A stretch of 64,000 nucleotides of DNA, taken from a virus. The DNA lies in IMG/VR virus record IMGVR_UViG_3300042691_008788, positions 32,001-96,000 of that record. One strand, 5' to 3'. Shown piece after piece: positions 39,530 through 50,094 of the stretch. The translations under genes were made by a program, and so were the position numbers. The notes beneath the pieces were generated by a model. It did no database searches and was not told the origin of the DNA. It saw nothing but the letters and a program-made list of their open reading frames with translations. Every line of letters begins with the position of its first letter. Position 1 is the first letter of the stretch.

Positions 39530-40146
39530 GACTTCCTTACAAGAACAATATTTTCAGCGTTCAGAGCGGCAGCATCATACTTGTCTTTAAATTTATCGTA
39601 GATAGCCTGATACTTTCCATCATGTTCTATAACGATTGCATCAACATCAAATCGTTCAAAATCAAACTTCATGGAAAGATCAAAACTGGTTCCTTCAACA
39701 TCAATGGACACCAAATGCAACTTTTGTGGTAGGAAAGTATATAATTCTTCCAATGATATTGTTGATGCCACATAAGGAACATGCTTTCTTCCAAGATGGT
39801 TCAGGTAGCCAGCCCACTTATCCTTATGCCATCCCTCAGTAGTAGTTAGCGCACCATCAGTTCTATCATCCTTCGGTACCAACCAAGACTTGATGGGCGG
39901 TGTCTTTTCAAGCGTGACTGCTGCACCAACTATCAGAATCTTGTCGTTGGTCTTGTATTCATTCACAAGATCAACAAGACTATAGGGAGACATGTCCACC
40001 ATGACTCCACCCCAACCCTTCTCGACCAATGCACGGGTGTTGGATAGATTCTTTGGGTGAAATGCTCCGATTTCAAGGAAAGAGCCATTTGGAATATTTG
40101 AGAAAAATGTTGCAAGAATATCATCTTCATTATTTTGAGCGTACAT
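39526..40146 (-). CDS. FkbM-family methyltransferase
   Basis: YAQNNED, FLEIGA, LSNT..L...GW.G, SIDVEG. Confidence 0.85.
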   Translation of the reverse strand: MYAQNNEDDILATFFSNIPNGSFLEIGAFHPKNLSNTRALVEKGWGGVMVDMSPYSLVDLVNEYKTNDKILIVGAAVTLEKTPPIKSWLVPKDDRTDGALTTTEGWHKDKWAGYLNHLGRKHVPYVASTISLEELYTFLPQKLHLVSIDVEGTSFDLSMKFDFERFDVDAIVIEHDGKYQAIYDKFKDKYDAAALNAENIVLVRKS

Positions 40147-40576
40147 GCGTTCTCCATTCTTTTGCGTAATCAGTGCATACTCCCCACATTTGAGGAATGT
40201 CACCTTCGGGCTTTCCCAACCACACCGTGACACCAAGACGAGAGTGGTTGTCAGGATACATCCACAACAATCCATCACTCGTCAGGGTCATCTTGTCCGT
40301 TTCATGCCAGAAACAAGTTATGCCATATGACGAAACGATCATTTCCTCAAAGGCTTCCTTGTTCTTTGCATGACACCACAAAGACTTTCCACGAAACCAC
40401 CAAGGATCAACAAAGTATGTCGGAGCATCATGCCCAAGAAAGAACTGACCATCGACATACCAAACATCCACTTCTACATCGAACCCAAGATCCAAAGCCT
40501 GTTGGATATAGGTTGGATTGTTCTCACACTCAGGTTTCCTACCATCTAGATTGCCACGATGAGATATAATTTTCAT
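40130..40576 (-). CDS. GDPD/PLC-like phosphodiesterase-fold protein
   Basis: IISHRGN, EN.P.YI, DVEVDVW, LGHD, WCHAKN, GVCTDY. Confidence 0.85.
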   Translation of the reverse strand: MKIISHRGNLDGRKPECENNPTYIQQALDLGFDVEVDVWYVDGQFFLGHDAPTYFVDPWWFRGKSLWCHAKNKEAFEEMIVSSYGITCFWHETDKMTLTSDGLLWMYPDNHSRLGVTVWLGKPEGDIPQMWGVCTDYAKEWRTHVRSK

Positions 40577-41289
40577 TACTTTCTACCGAGGAAAGAATTC
40601 AAATCTTCGGGGGTTCCTATTCCATGCATCCTGTGTACAAAGAAAGGAATCAGTGTCTTTCCAGACTGAATCAGTTCATTGTAGACAGGGGCGATATAGA
40701 ACTCGTTGTTCACCCGTATGTTCTTCTGAATCATTGTCTCAGCACAAGAAACAAACTCAGAACCCCTGCGATACCAGTAGATGCCACAGGTTGCAATGTC
40801 TGATATCGGATTCTTTTCGGCAACCTCAGTGACAACTCCCCGTGAATTTGTCTTCACGAAAGACCACTTGGGATGTACGGCATGAAAGGTGAATACTATC
40901 GCATCGGCGGCAGTAAAGTTCTTGAGATAGTTGAAGTTCTCAGGACTATATTCGATTATCTGATCCGAATTTGCTATTAACAGATCCTCGTCGTTGTTGA
41001 TGTATTCCTTGGCGAGCAATGCCGTACATGCCGCACCTTCAGTTAAACCATCCACCTCGACAACCTTGTATCTCCCATTAGTAATCCTCGCAAGGGTTGT
41101 CTCCAACCCAGCGTACTTATCAAGATGCTCCTTGCGAACAAGGAAGATATACTCTGCATCGAAGTCGAGATTCTCGACAACGCGCTGAATCATCGGTTTG
41201 CCTTCCACATCAATGAGAGGTTTTGGGAAGGTATATCCTTCCTTTGCGAACCTACTACCTTCCCCAGCCATTGGTATTAAAATCTGCAT
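40576..41289 (-). CDS. Nucleotidyltransferase (NTP_transferase, GT-A)
   Basis: IPMAGEGSRF..GY..PKPLI, TEGAACT, EK.PIS..ATCG.Y, GTPEDL. Confidence 0.9.
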   Translation of the reverse strand: MQILIPMAGEGSRFAKEGYTFPKPLIDVEGKPMIQRVVENLDFDAEYIFLVRKEHLDKYAGLETTLARITNGRYKVVEVDGLTEGAACTALLAKEYINNDEDLLIANSDQIIEYSPENFNYLKNFTAADAIVFTFHAVHPKWSFVKTNSRGVVTEVAEKNPISDIATCGIYWYRRGSEFVSCAETMIQKNIRVNNEFYIAPVYNELIQSGKTLIPFFVHRMHGIGTPEDLNSFLGRK

Positions 41290-41918
41290 AGTTCTTTGTA
41301 ATAATAAAGCCCATCAACAAAATTTGTGTAACTCTCTCTAGTCACTTTTGTTGAGTTATCAACTTTCCAAATATATTCTGCTAGGCTGCTCTTTGCAGAT
41401 TGCAAACCAAACATAGAGTCCTCAACACAAATGCACTTTTTAGGATTTGCGTTCATCTTTCCGATTGCCAAATTATAACAGTCTGGATGAGGCTTGTTTC
41501 TATTCACCATTTCGTTACTAACGATAAGATCAATAAATGGAATTTGTCCAGTGGCAGTAAGCATCTCTATTGCGGTGTCTCGTATTGAGTTTGTGACACA
41601 TGCTATTTTGATATCCAAAGACTTCAAATGCTGATGTAGTTCGATCTTCTCTGGCATAAGAGTAGCATTTTTCCTGATGACATCAATAGTGTGTCTTTGC
41701 TTTTCCTCATTAATCTTTTCAGCGATTTCTTTTGGCACATTCATCATTTGTAACTTTATCCGCGTTGGTAATCCATTATATGTCGATTCATGAGCATTCC
41801 TGCTGATTTCAGGATAGCCATGTTCTTTTAGGGCCATATTCAACGCCTCGTAGTGCCATTCGCAGGCGTCCACAAGAACTCCATCCAAATCAAAAAGAAC
41901 AAAATCAATATCTACCAT
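41277..41918 (-). CDS. HAD-family phosphatase
   Basis: FDLDGVLVD, KPHPD, VEDS. Confidence 0.92.
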   Translation of the reverse strand: MVDIDFVLFDLDGVLVDACEWHYEALNMALKEHGYPEISRNAHESTYNGLPTRIKLQMMNVPKEIAEKINEEKQRHTIDVIRKNATLMPEKIELHQHLKSLDIKIACVTNSIRDTAIEMLTATGQIPFIDLIVSNEMVNRNKPHPDCYNLAIGKMNANPKKCICVEDSMFGLQSAKSSLAEYIWKVDNSTKVTRESYTNFVDGLYYYKELCRF

Positions 41919-41919
41919 T

Positions 41920-42630
41920 TCAGTATTGCCTCATGTTTGGACTATTAGCATAATAAAAAGACTCATCTAGTCTAACTATCTCAGAATCGAATAGCGTCTG
42001 ACATATGTCAAATAGATTTTTGTGTGTGTCTACGAAAGAGCGGGTGTTATACACTTCATGTGAAAAGAGACGAAGTAGATGAGAAGATTTCCCAATCATG
42101 ACTCCATCATGAAGATGATCCTTCATCTGAGAAAAAACTAGCAGATCTTTGTCTGTTTTGCTGAATCTACTAATTGAGTCATTTATGTAATCTATCGAAG
42201 AGGGCTTGTGCGGAAATATATCTGGTCTTGTGAGTATCACTATATCATCCGACAAAGATGGTTGTGTTGACAAGAACTGATTCAATGCCATGTAACGATG
42301 CAAAATTTGCATCTTGTAACTAGACTCTCTGTAATATGGTCTTTCTTTACAAACGGGCAGGGTCTTATATTGAGATAACAGAAGATCTCGCGTCGATAGA
42401 TCTATAAAATCTACGGCATCAAAAAACTCAAGATCCATCAGTTTTTGTAGATTTACCTTAGAAGTGTCCGCAGACATAGTTTTATCCATGTCTCCTGTCC
42501 ACCATCCGAGTTCTTCGTGCGTAAAAATAACTCTTTTTTGACAAAGAAACCTTGATAGATGTCTCTCTATGAATGGTGTGGGGTTGGAATAAAAGTTTCT
42601 CAGATGTCCAGTGACGAAAAGAGTAGGCAT
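41920..42630 (-). CDS. Putative glycosyltransferase-like protein
   Basis: TGHLR and ILTRPD motifs; glycan-island context. Confidence 0.5.
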   Translation of the reverse strand: MPTLFVTGHLRNFYSNPTPFIERHLSRFLCQKRVIFTHEELGWWTGDMDKTMSADTSKVNLQKLMDLEFFDAVDFIDLSTRDLLLSQYKTLPVCKERPYYRESSYKMQILHRYMALNQFLSTQPSLSDDIVILTRPDIFPHKPSSIDYINDSISRFSKTDKDLLVFSQMKDHLHDGVMIGKSSHLLRLFSHEVYNTRSFVDTHKNLFDICQTLFDSEIVRLDESFYYANSPNMRQY

Positions 42631-42631
42631 G

Positions 42632-43210
42632 TCATTTTCTCCGCACTATGAACATCAAGTCATCGTAACGACCCTTTGTTGCTCGCAGATCAACTATATC
42701 GAACTCATCTGTCTCTTGTTTTACTTTCTCAAATGCATTACAAAGAACTGGCATCCAATCGATTGACTGTACATCTTCTATTGCAAGAACTCCACCACTG
42801 TTAAGTTTACGAAGATAGATGTTAATACAAGATACCATAGAGTCTAGGGTGTGTGGTCCATCATCTATAATGATGTCGAAATTTGGCAATCCATCTGAAA
42901 CTCTAGAGTTGTATGCGTCATCTATTGTGATAACTATGTTATCGTTTTGCAATGCTTCTTGGACAATCTTCCCACCATAATTGTCAAGTCCATAAACCCC
43001 AGTGTGATTAGAAAAATACTTGTCCCACAAGAGCAGCGAATGACCAGAAGCGATTCCAATCTCAAGGATTTTTACTGCCTTGTCCCTATATTTGGAAAAC
43101 TCCTGCTCATAAAAGCCGTCAATGTAGTTGTGTGTGGTATTTTTGTCGGTGGCAACTCCACATTCCCCCGACCACTTGCTTTCATTCAATATTTCGTTCA
43201 AAGTTTTCAT
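42632..43210 (-). CDS. Class I SAM-dependent methyltransferase
   Basis: TDK...H.Y..FY, LEIGI..G.S, FDIIIDDGPH, GG...IED. Confidence 0.88.
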   Translation of the reverse strand: MKTLNEILNESKWSGECGVATDKNTTHNYIDGFYEQEFSKYRDKAVKILEIGIASGHSLLLWDKYFSNHTGVYGLDNYGGKIVQEALQNDNIVITIDDAYNSRVSDGLPNFDIIIDDGPHTLDSMVSCINIYLRKLNSGGVLAIEDVQSIDWMPVLCNAFEKVKQETDEFDIVDLRATKGRYDDLMFIVRRK

Positions 43211-43233
43211 AGTTATTTTCTCAATCAAAATTT

Positions 43234-44397
43234 TTAAGAGTAAATCTGTATCTCAGGGAGCAGAACCACTATCTTTCCTCCAAATGATTGCCTGAGAGAG
43301 TGTATTATGTGATCTTTGAAGTTGTGTATCAGCACTATGATGTAGTCTGGTTTGTCTGTATTTATACGAGTTCTATCAACAACTTCTAACTTTGTTCCTG
43401 GAATAAACTTTCCTTGCTTACCTGGAGTGTCATCAACAACATAGAGAAATTGATCAACAAGAGATTTATCTATGCAATTTAAATAGACACAACTCTTAGC
43501 CCCAGCACCGAAACAGGCAACCCTGCCACCATTCAATAGACTTTGGATGAATATCTCATCGGATTCTATTTTATTCCTAACAGACTTTCCCCACGAAGCA
43601 AAATCAAAATCTTTCTCTATTTGAATATAGTTTTGAACTTCGTCAATATGACCTCTACCTCTGTTTGTAGACACCACTCGGATAGTTCCTCCGTGGATAG
43701 GATGTTCTGTTATAGAAACTATACTCAACCCATATTCAGAAAACAACTTGGCTAAAGGGGTTATTAGCCAGTAAAAGTAATGCTCATGATATATCTGATC
43801 AAATTGATTCGTCTGTGCGGTTCTTAAAAAATACGGAAATTCTAAAACCCAAACCCCATCTAAGTTTGATTTTATAGACCTCAAAAACCCATGGACATCC
43901 GAGTTGTGTTGAAACACATTAGTAGACACAATGAGATTTGCTTTTCCATCAATTTTGCAATCTGCCCAGAACTTTCTCTCATAGATGATGCCCGATGCTA
44001 TGTTTTCTTCCACAAAAGAAACGCTTGGATCAACATTGATAAGTCTTGTCTCAACTCCATCTGGCATCCTCTCCTTAAACACCTTAAGAAGAGTTCCATC
44101 ATTTCCTCCTATATCTACAATCGTAGAAATCTCTTTAGCATACATCGAAAGATGCTTTTTAATGTCGTTCCACATTGCTCGGCAATGTTGCTTATACGGC
44201 TCGTTCACAGAAGACCTATAGAGATATTCGTGAAACATCTCTGTTGGGTCAACCTGTGTGTCCAAGCGAAATATCATGTCTTCCTCAACCATTTTCAATG
44301 AATATCTTTTGGCAGAAATGGAAGATTCAGCAGTTGTTTTCAGGTTATTTGCCAAAGGTATTGTGTTCAGATCAAGTATAGTTCGTTCGTTGCTCAT
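43234..44397 (-). CDS. NDP-sugar C-methyltransferase
   Basis: PLAN, DIGGNDGTLL, FDQIYHEH, HGGTIR, GAGAK, KQGKFIPG. Confidence 0.9.
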   Translation of the reverse strand: MSNERTILDLNTIPLANNLKTTAESSISAKRYSLKMVEEDMIFRLDTQVDPTEMFHEYLYRSSVNEPYKQHCRAMWNDIKKHLSMYAKEISTIVDIGGNDGTLLKVFKERMPDGVETRLINVDPSVSFVEENIASGIIYERKFWADCKIDGKANLIVSTNVFQHNSDVHGFLRSIKSNLDGVWVLEFPYFLRTAQTNQFDQIYHEHYFYWLITPLAKLFSEYGLSIVSITEHPIHGGTIRVVSTNRGRGHIDEVQNYIQIEKDFDFASWGKSVRNKIESDEIFIQSLLNGGRVACFGAGAKSCVYLNCIDKSLVDQFLYVVDDTPGKQGKFIPGTKLEVVDRTRINTDKPDYIIVLIHNFKDHIIHSLRQSFGGKIVVLLPEIQIYS

Positions 44398-44415
44398 TTC
44401 TGTTCTCCTCGAAAA

Positions 44416-45099
44416 TTAATGAATCTCTTCATTTCCATGTACTGCTATCTTTCCCTTTATTCCAATTGGAGAATCAAAGAACTGATAGCGAGAAGGGTTC
44501 AATGTAGTCACATAGTTGTATACCATTTTTTCCATCGAAGTCTGATCACCAGAAGCGTATCTGTTCGTGGCATAGTTCAAAAAATCCATGTATTTCTCTC
44601 TGCATGATACCCGATAAAGTGATGGAATCGATGTAGAACCCTCCCAAGGAGTATTGTACATCACACGGACATTGAAGTCTTTATTCATGTCAAATCTTTC
44701 TAGTTTAAAACTAGAATCAATGATATATCTTCCACTGATCTTATAGATGTCGTTGGAAAAATCAATCTTTGATACTACTTCACGCAGGATAAAAGCCTCC
44801 CCAGCACTCTTATTTGGAGAGTGTACCCACTTAGCCACCTCTTGAGTTGAAGACAAATCTACAAACTTGTCTTCATAACCAAGAACTTTTCTTATTTTAA
44901 AACTATTAGCCGAACTCCAATCAAATGCACTACAGTCTGCAAGGATAATCTTAAATTGAGGTAACATATTCTTGATCGACAGAATAGTTTCGATAGTCTG
45001 CTTTAGTCTAGAATCAACATCAAAAACACTTCGTGTAGCAGTGTAATTCAAAGGACTATTAGTCGGGTGTATAACTGATGTTATTATGATGGTACTCAA
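44416..45099 (-). CDS. Glycan-island hypothetical protein (GT-like)
   Basis: ITSVI, R..QT..TI.S, NKS.GE, KISGRY. Confidence 0.55.
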   Translation of the reverse strand: MSTIIITSVIHPTNSPLNYTATRSVFDVDSRLKQTIETILSIKNMLPQFKIILADCSAFDWSSANSFKIRKVLGYEDKFVDLSSTQEVAKWVHSPNKSAGEAFILREVVSKIDFSNDIYKISGRYIIDSSFKLERFDMNKDFNVRVMYNTPWEGSTSIPSLYRVSCREKYMDFLNYATNRYASGDQTSMEKMVYNYVTTLNPSRYQFFDSPIGIKGKIAVHGNEEIH

Positions 45100-45111
45100 A
45101 ATTTAGAACTC

Positions 45112-45861
45112 CTAAAATGAATAGTGCTTCTTGTAGTGATGTAGAATTGAATACTTTTCTCTTAATGTATCTTCTACCCCATCGTAGTTTTTTTTGCTAT
45201 GATCTTCTCCCCATCTACCAAGTTCATAAACTTCTGCATTAAACTGATGTTTCTTTCCTGCTAGCATGAAGGCAATTGAATTCATACAGTCAGTCCATCC
45301 TATTGTTGGATAAATCTTCTGTATAGCATCAAAGTTCTTGTCAACAAATGATATCAGATATGGATATATCATCTGAAATGTTTCTCGCTTAAATATCCCC
45401 CCACCACCAAGACCATAGTGATTGTCTGAATTTTCTCCACTAACATTTCTTATAAACTCTAGTAACGACGGGTGAATGTAGTTCTGTTTGCAGTTTTCTG
45501 TTACATACATCTCAACATCTATCGGAACATTGATAGAGTTTATTACACACACATCATCTTCCATTATCAGAATATGAGATGATTTGCACAAAGAAACAGC
45601 CGCAGAAAATCTCCTCAGATATTCCATCATCTGTGATTTCTTGTAACCAAATACTTTTTCGGGATATCCGATGTTCTCTTGGGCGTGAATATAAATGCAA
45701 TTGTGGTTACGACAAATATCGGAAAAATCATCACCGCCATCACATACAACCACATAGGTAGAATCTGGATTATACTTACGAAAACTTGATATCGCAGCAT
45801 CACTGGCTACTTTGTTTTTATAAACTAAGTGAAGTGCATCGATACTCAAAACACACCCCAC
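45112..45861 (-). CDS. GT-A fold glycosyltransferase
   Basis: VVCDGG, MEDD, GGG.IF. Confidence 0.65.
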   Translation of the reverse strand: MGCVLSIDALHLVYKNKVASDAAISSFRKYNPDSTYVVVCDGGDDFSDICRNHNCIYIHAQENIGYPEKVFGYKKSQMMEYLRRFSAAVSLCKSSHILIMEDDVCVINSINVPIDVEMYVTENCKQNYIHPSLLEFIRNVSGENSDNHYGLGGGGIFKRETFQMIYPYLISFVDKNFDAIQKIYPTIGWTDCMNSIAFMLAGKKHQFNAEVYELGRWGEDHSKKNYDGVEDTLREKYSILHHYKKHYSF

Positions 45862-46628
45862 TTGCTAGTATCTACTCTATCATACTGATGTATAATTGGT
45901 ATTACACTTCCACCGACAGATGGGAGTTTGCTTTCATCCCATGTAGGCTTCTCAATCAACTTGTCACGGAACTTCTGAACTCCAACTGTCCCAAGGTGAA
46001 CCATAAGTCCATCGGATGGCCGAACCATTCGTATTGACCTTCTTCCAAACTCAGTACCCATGAGGATGTTGAAAGACGATTGATCTGAAACGCTTGCAGG
46101 ATTGTGGTAGCACATGGTGAAGATCATCAGACACAATTCAGCAACTGCTTCTACAGTTCCACAGAGAACGCCGACATTGCATATCTCCTGTTCCTTGTAC
46201 TCGTCATAGACATAGCCAAATCCCTCACGAAGATTTCCGTTCCCCCAATGCTCATCTTGATAAGCAATACATTCGCTGCCACAGACTATATTTCTACTAC
46301 CTAGAAGTTGAATCAAGCGGGGAAATGGATCTCCATGAAAATAGACATCCCTGCTATCTGTTAGAACAACATATGAGTATATGTGCTTCACAGACATCAG
46401 GTACTTGTATTGAAGTAAAAAGCGTAGGTTGTGTGGAGGCTTGTTCATCGGTGGAAGATGATATGGAACAACCATAACTCTGTTATCTGTACAATCCTTT
46501 ACAAGTTGATCATTTGAATTAATAAGGATATTACAAACATCATGCCCCGTCTTTTTTGCAGACAAGTTCCAAGTCTTTATTTGATCCCAACCATAACCTG
46601 AAGATGATGATAGAAATAAATTTTTCAC
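45846..46628 (-). CDS. GT-A fold glycosyltransferase
   Basis: LTDSRDV.F, NVGV..G, DQ..FN, IIHQYDR. Confidence 0.75.
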   Translation of the reverse strand: MKNLFLSSSSGYGWDQIKTWNLSAKKTGHDVCNILINSNDQLVKDCTDNRVMVVPYHLPPMNKPPHNLRFLLQYKYLMSVKHIYSYVVLTDSRDVYFHGDPFPRLIQLLGSRNIVCGSECIAYQDEHWGNGNLREGFGYVYDEYKEQEICNVGVLCGTVEAVAELCLMIFTMCYHNPASVSDQSSFNILMGTEFGRRSIRMVRPSDGLMVHLGTVGVQKFRDKLIEKPTWDESKLPSVGGSVIPIIHQYDRVDTSKWGVF

Positions 46629-47527
46629 TTGGTATCCATTACCTTCATAATAAAGTTCTTGAATATCTGTCGCCCATTGCGAATGTACTCATCTGCACGA
46701 TATCCTGTGATTGGATCAACAAAGGACATCGTCTGTAGTCTGTCTTGATCGGATAGCAAAGAGAATATATCTTGTACAGATCTAGTTACAGACTCTTGGT
46801 TGGTAGAATCAAATCTGATATACGATTTAGGATTAAACTCAAGCGCAATATCTTCGGCTCCCCAATAAATCGGAACTGAGTTGACAATAAATGCCTCATA
46901 GATCTTTTCTGTAATATATGACTTTTTTGCAAGATTTTCAAATGCAATAGCAGCCGAATACTTTGAAGTGAACTCCAACTTGTCAGAAACTTCACCAACA
47001 TTATTGCATACCCTTCCACCAGAGTCACATACACCACTCTGAACAAGATACTGAATCAATGTTGTTCTCAAGCCATTGCTTGGATTAGAAACAACTGCTG
47101 ATATCTTTCGCGTCTTATCCTTACGAAACTTTTCTCGCAGTTCTTCAAATGAATCACAGCCGTGCTTGTCAAGATAGTCCTGATGGTAGATCGCATATAG
47201 AGGAAACCTAAGTGCCATCATACCATTCGGCATATCCTCTTCAAGATCAAATCCAATGTATGCATCACATCCTGGTGTCGTGGAGACGATATCATAACTT
47301 TCTCCAGTAAAAGCAATTTTTTTACAGTTAATCTTGTTCATATCTGCATATGACGGAGAACCAACCATCGGTCGATATATTGAAATGACCAAATCAACAT
47401 TAGTATTCACTCCAAGTTGTATTTCACATTTTGGAAATATCTCCTTAAGCAATCTACTGATAATAAAACTATCTGTCGTACAATTATTGTCAAATCCACC
47501 CCAAGTATTGACATAAGCAATCTTCAT
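46625..47527 (-). CDS. GT10 alpha-1,3-fucosyltransferase-like protein
   Basis: FTGE, VVSN, IAFEN...YITEKI, VPIYWG, FNPKSYI. Confidence 0.88.
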   Translation of the reverse strand: MKIAYVNTWGGFDNNCTTDSFIISRLLKEIFPKCEIQLGVNTNVDLVISIYRPMVGSPSYADMNKINCKKIAFTGESYDIVSTTPGCDAYIGFDLEEDMPNGMMALRFPLYAIYHQDYLDKHGCDSFEELREKFRKDKTRKISAVVSNPSNGLRTTLIQYLVQSGVCDSGGRVCNNVGEVSDKLEFTSKYSAAIAFENLAKKSYITEKIYEAFIVNSVPIYWGAEDIALEFNPKSYIRFDSTNQESVTRSVQDIFSLLSDQDRLQTMSFVDPITGYRADEYIRNGRQIFKNFIMKVMDTK

Positions 47528-48183
47528 ATACTCACCTTTATCAATATTCTTTCTGGTGTTTCGTTGCGATCAAGAACAGAATACTTGCAGGAATTGATTC
47601 CTTCATTCTCCCAATCCAACTTCTTCAACCACATCTCTCTAATACGCTCTATGTTCTTCTTGTAATCTTGCTCATCAATCTTCCTGTCATGGTTCAATGA
47701 CTTCAGGATACCAGGCGACTGCCTTTGAACCTTCAACCCTGCGAGGTGGCAACGATAGAGGATGTCATCATCTTCTGCTCCCCAACCCCAATACTCGTTG
47801 CTGTATCCATTCACCTTGTTGAATGAGTTCCTACTGAACATAGTGACTCCACCAAAGTATCCTTCGTATGGAAGCCCATAGTTGAACTGACTTGCGGATG
47901 CAGCAAGGTGTGTTGGTAGTTCCTCATAGTTGTAACTTACATTCTGAGGAAGCATGTCAACATCATGAAACACAAAGTAATCGCAGTCCGTGTCTGCCTC
48001 AAGAAAACCAATATTCAACAACTTGGCTCTATTGAATGGCTTTCCAACTTCCTGCTCTATGATATAGATGTTGTGCAGTACATTCTGCTTGTCCAAGTAA
48101 CTCTTCATGTGAGGAAGGAACACCCGAAGGTGTTCCTCACGATCACGATATGGAACTACTATAGCAAGTTTATGTGTGGTCAA
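47524..48183 (-). CDS. GT7 beta-1,4-galactosyltransferase-like protein
   Basis: VPYRDR, FNRAKLLNIG, FHDVD, YFGGV, NGYSN.YWGWGAEDDD. Confidence 0.93.
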   Translation of the reverse strand: MTTHKLAIVVPYRDREEHLRVFLPHMKSYLDKQNVLHNIYIIEQEVGKPFNRAKLLNIGFLEADTDCDYFVFHDVDMLPQNVSYNYEELPTHLAASASQFNYGLPYEGYFGGVTMFSRNSFNKVNGYSNEYWGWGAEDDDILYRCHLAGLKVQRQSPGILKSLNHDRKIDEQDYKKNIERIREMWLKKLDWENEGINSCKYSVLDRNETPERILIKVSI

Positions 48184-49034
48184 AAAGCACCACCAGACAT
48201 TTTTTTCAAAGAATATCTCAAAGCATCCAACTCAGTTCTACAATGCATCATCGGATTTTCTTTTTGTATTGTTTCTAGACAGATATTTGCTCTTGGAGCA
48301 GAAAGAGAAAGTTGTTCTAAAGTCTTCAACTTCCAATTTGGATTCCCAAATCCAAATTTTTGCATTTCCGTAATGAACTCCTCGGTGTTAAGTGGATTTG
48401 GATTTATCATGTGATAAACCCCACATGCATCTACGAGAATACCACTTACAAGCATTTGCTCTATCGCAGAACACAAATCATCCATACAAGTTTTTGAATT
48501 TCTATAATTAAGAATATTGTCATAATTAACCAACTTACAAATCAAATTTCTTTGAGTAGTTTCTGAGTTAAAAGGAAGTCTGATCCTTAAATTTGAGTTC
48601 GGGAGATGTTTAGATGACAACTCATAAGCATGTTTAGTTTTTGTATAAAATGATGGTTCATTGAACATTCCAAAATTTGGAGTGTCTGATTCATTCCAAA
48701 CTTTATTATAACCATCGAACAAACAACCAGTGGAGATATGAACATAAGAAATGTTCCTATTAGCACACAAAGTATTGACCATAAGAGGAACACTGACATT
48801 CAAATTCCAACATTCTTCTTTTTTTGACTCGGCTTCGTCTATGTTTGGTCTGCCTGTGAATCCAAAGCACCCAAAGACAATATCTGGTCTAAACGACTGC
48901 AAATGACTATCCAAAATAGATTTGTTATGATAATCAAGAATATTTCTAGGAAAAACCAAGGTTTCGTGGGTTTTCACCAATTGCTTGTATAAGTTGCCAC
49001 CAACATATCCATTTCCCAGTATAGTTATTTTCAT
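48180..49034 (-). CDS. RmlD/NRS-ER-like NDP-sugar epimerase-reductase
   Basis: GNGYVG, GFTGRPNID..E, ISTGC.F.G, SFYTKTK, LRIRLP. Confidence 0.85.
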   Translation of the reverse strand: MKITILGNGYVGGNLYKQLVKTHETLVFPRNILDYHNKSILDSHLQSFRPDIVFGCFGFTGRPNIDEAESKKEECWNLNVSVPLMVNTLCANRNISYVHISTGCLFDGYNKVWNESDTPNFGMFNEPSFYTKTKHAYELSSKHLPNSNLRIRLPFNSETTQRNLICKLVNYDNILNYRNSKTCMDDLCSAIEQMLVSGILVDACGVYHMINPNPLNTEEFITEMQKFGFGNPNWKLKTLEQLSLSAPRANICLETIQKENPMMHCRTELDALRYSLKKMSGGAF

Positions 49035-49070
49035 AGTGATTAACATCCCCTACTGATTTTATTATCCAAT

Positions 49071-50090
49071 TCAAGCACTTCCATACTTAAACTCCTTTGC
49101 CACAGCATCCTCAAGCCGCTTCATCACATCATCGGTGAAGTACTTCTGTGGATTCTCATTGATGTTCTTCTCAAATGCCGTGGTGCCATCGGGAAGTTCG
49201 ATGCGAGTCGATACCTTCTTGAAGATTCCATGGTTGAGAGCGATCTCGGTAAGACCATAGTAGCGGTTCAGACCAGTATCATAGTTCAACTGAACATCGA
49301 CCTGTTGATTCTCTTTGGTCAAACGAGATTTGTACAACTTGCAATGAATGATGTTTCCCACCACATCCCCATCTGCATTCTTTTCCTTCTTCTTTGAGAG
49401 ATAGACGATGGTGGATGCGGCGTACTTCAAACCGCTGCCACCACCCATCTCCTTCGTCGGAACATACGCGCCAATGACATCGTATGTGTGATTGGTCATC
49501 ACAAGAGGAATCCTTGCCTTACCCAACTTCATGGTAAGGACACGGAATGTTGCCTTGACTCCCTGCGAACGAGTCATGTCGCGGACATTCTTACCCTCTG
49601 CTGAATCGTTGACTTCCTTCTCGGTTGACAACATTCCAAGTGAGTCAAGGACGATCATCATCGGCTTGCGATCTGATTCATCCATCTCAAGAACCTTGTC
49701 AACGATTGTCACACATTGAGTCTTGAACTCCTCAATCGTGGCAACGGGAAACACAGCGACTCGCTTGGCATCAACACCACGACCTTCGAACATGTCGGAT
49801 GTCACCGCTTGCTCTGAGTCAAAGTAGAGAACCATGCCCTCGGGATTGTTCTTGAGGAACTGCGCGACAATCCCAAGGGTAAAGTAGGTCTTTCCCGTGG
49901 CAGACTCACCCGCAAGGGCGATGATCTTGTTGTCGGCAACTCCACCATACAACGATCCTGAAAGGAGCGCATTGAAAGCATAGGAGCCTGTGTCAACGAA
50001 TCCCGCGACATCGGCACCTTCGATTCCATCCTCAACGATACTGGCAAACTTGTTGCCAGATTCCTTCACAATCTGCTTTAGAAAATTCAA
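49071..50090 (-). CDS. uvsX: RecA-like recombinase UvsX
   Basis: DTGSY.FNAL.SGS, AGESATGKT, DSLGML, NHTY, MGGGSGLKYAAS. Confidence 0.95.
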   Translation of the reverse strand: MNFLKQIVKESGNKFASIVEDGIEGADVAGFVDTGSYAFNALLSGSLYGGVADNKIIALAGESATGKTYFTLGIVAQFLKNNPEGMVLYFDSEQAVTSDMFEGRGVDAKRVAVFPVATIEEFKTQCVTIVDKVLEMDESDRKPMMIVLDSLGMLSTEKEVNDSAEGKNVRDMTRSQGVKATFRVLTMKLGKARIPLVMTNHTYDVIGAYVPTKEMGGGSGLKYAASTIVYLSKKKEKNADGDVVGNIIHCKLYKSRLTKENQQVDVQLNYDTGLNRYYGLTEIALNHGIFKKVSTRIELPDGTTAFEKNINENPQKYFTDDVMKRLEDAVAKEFKYGSA

Positions 50091-50094
50091 TGTA

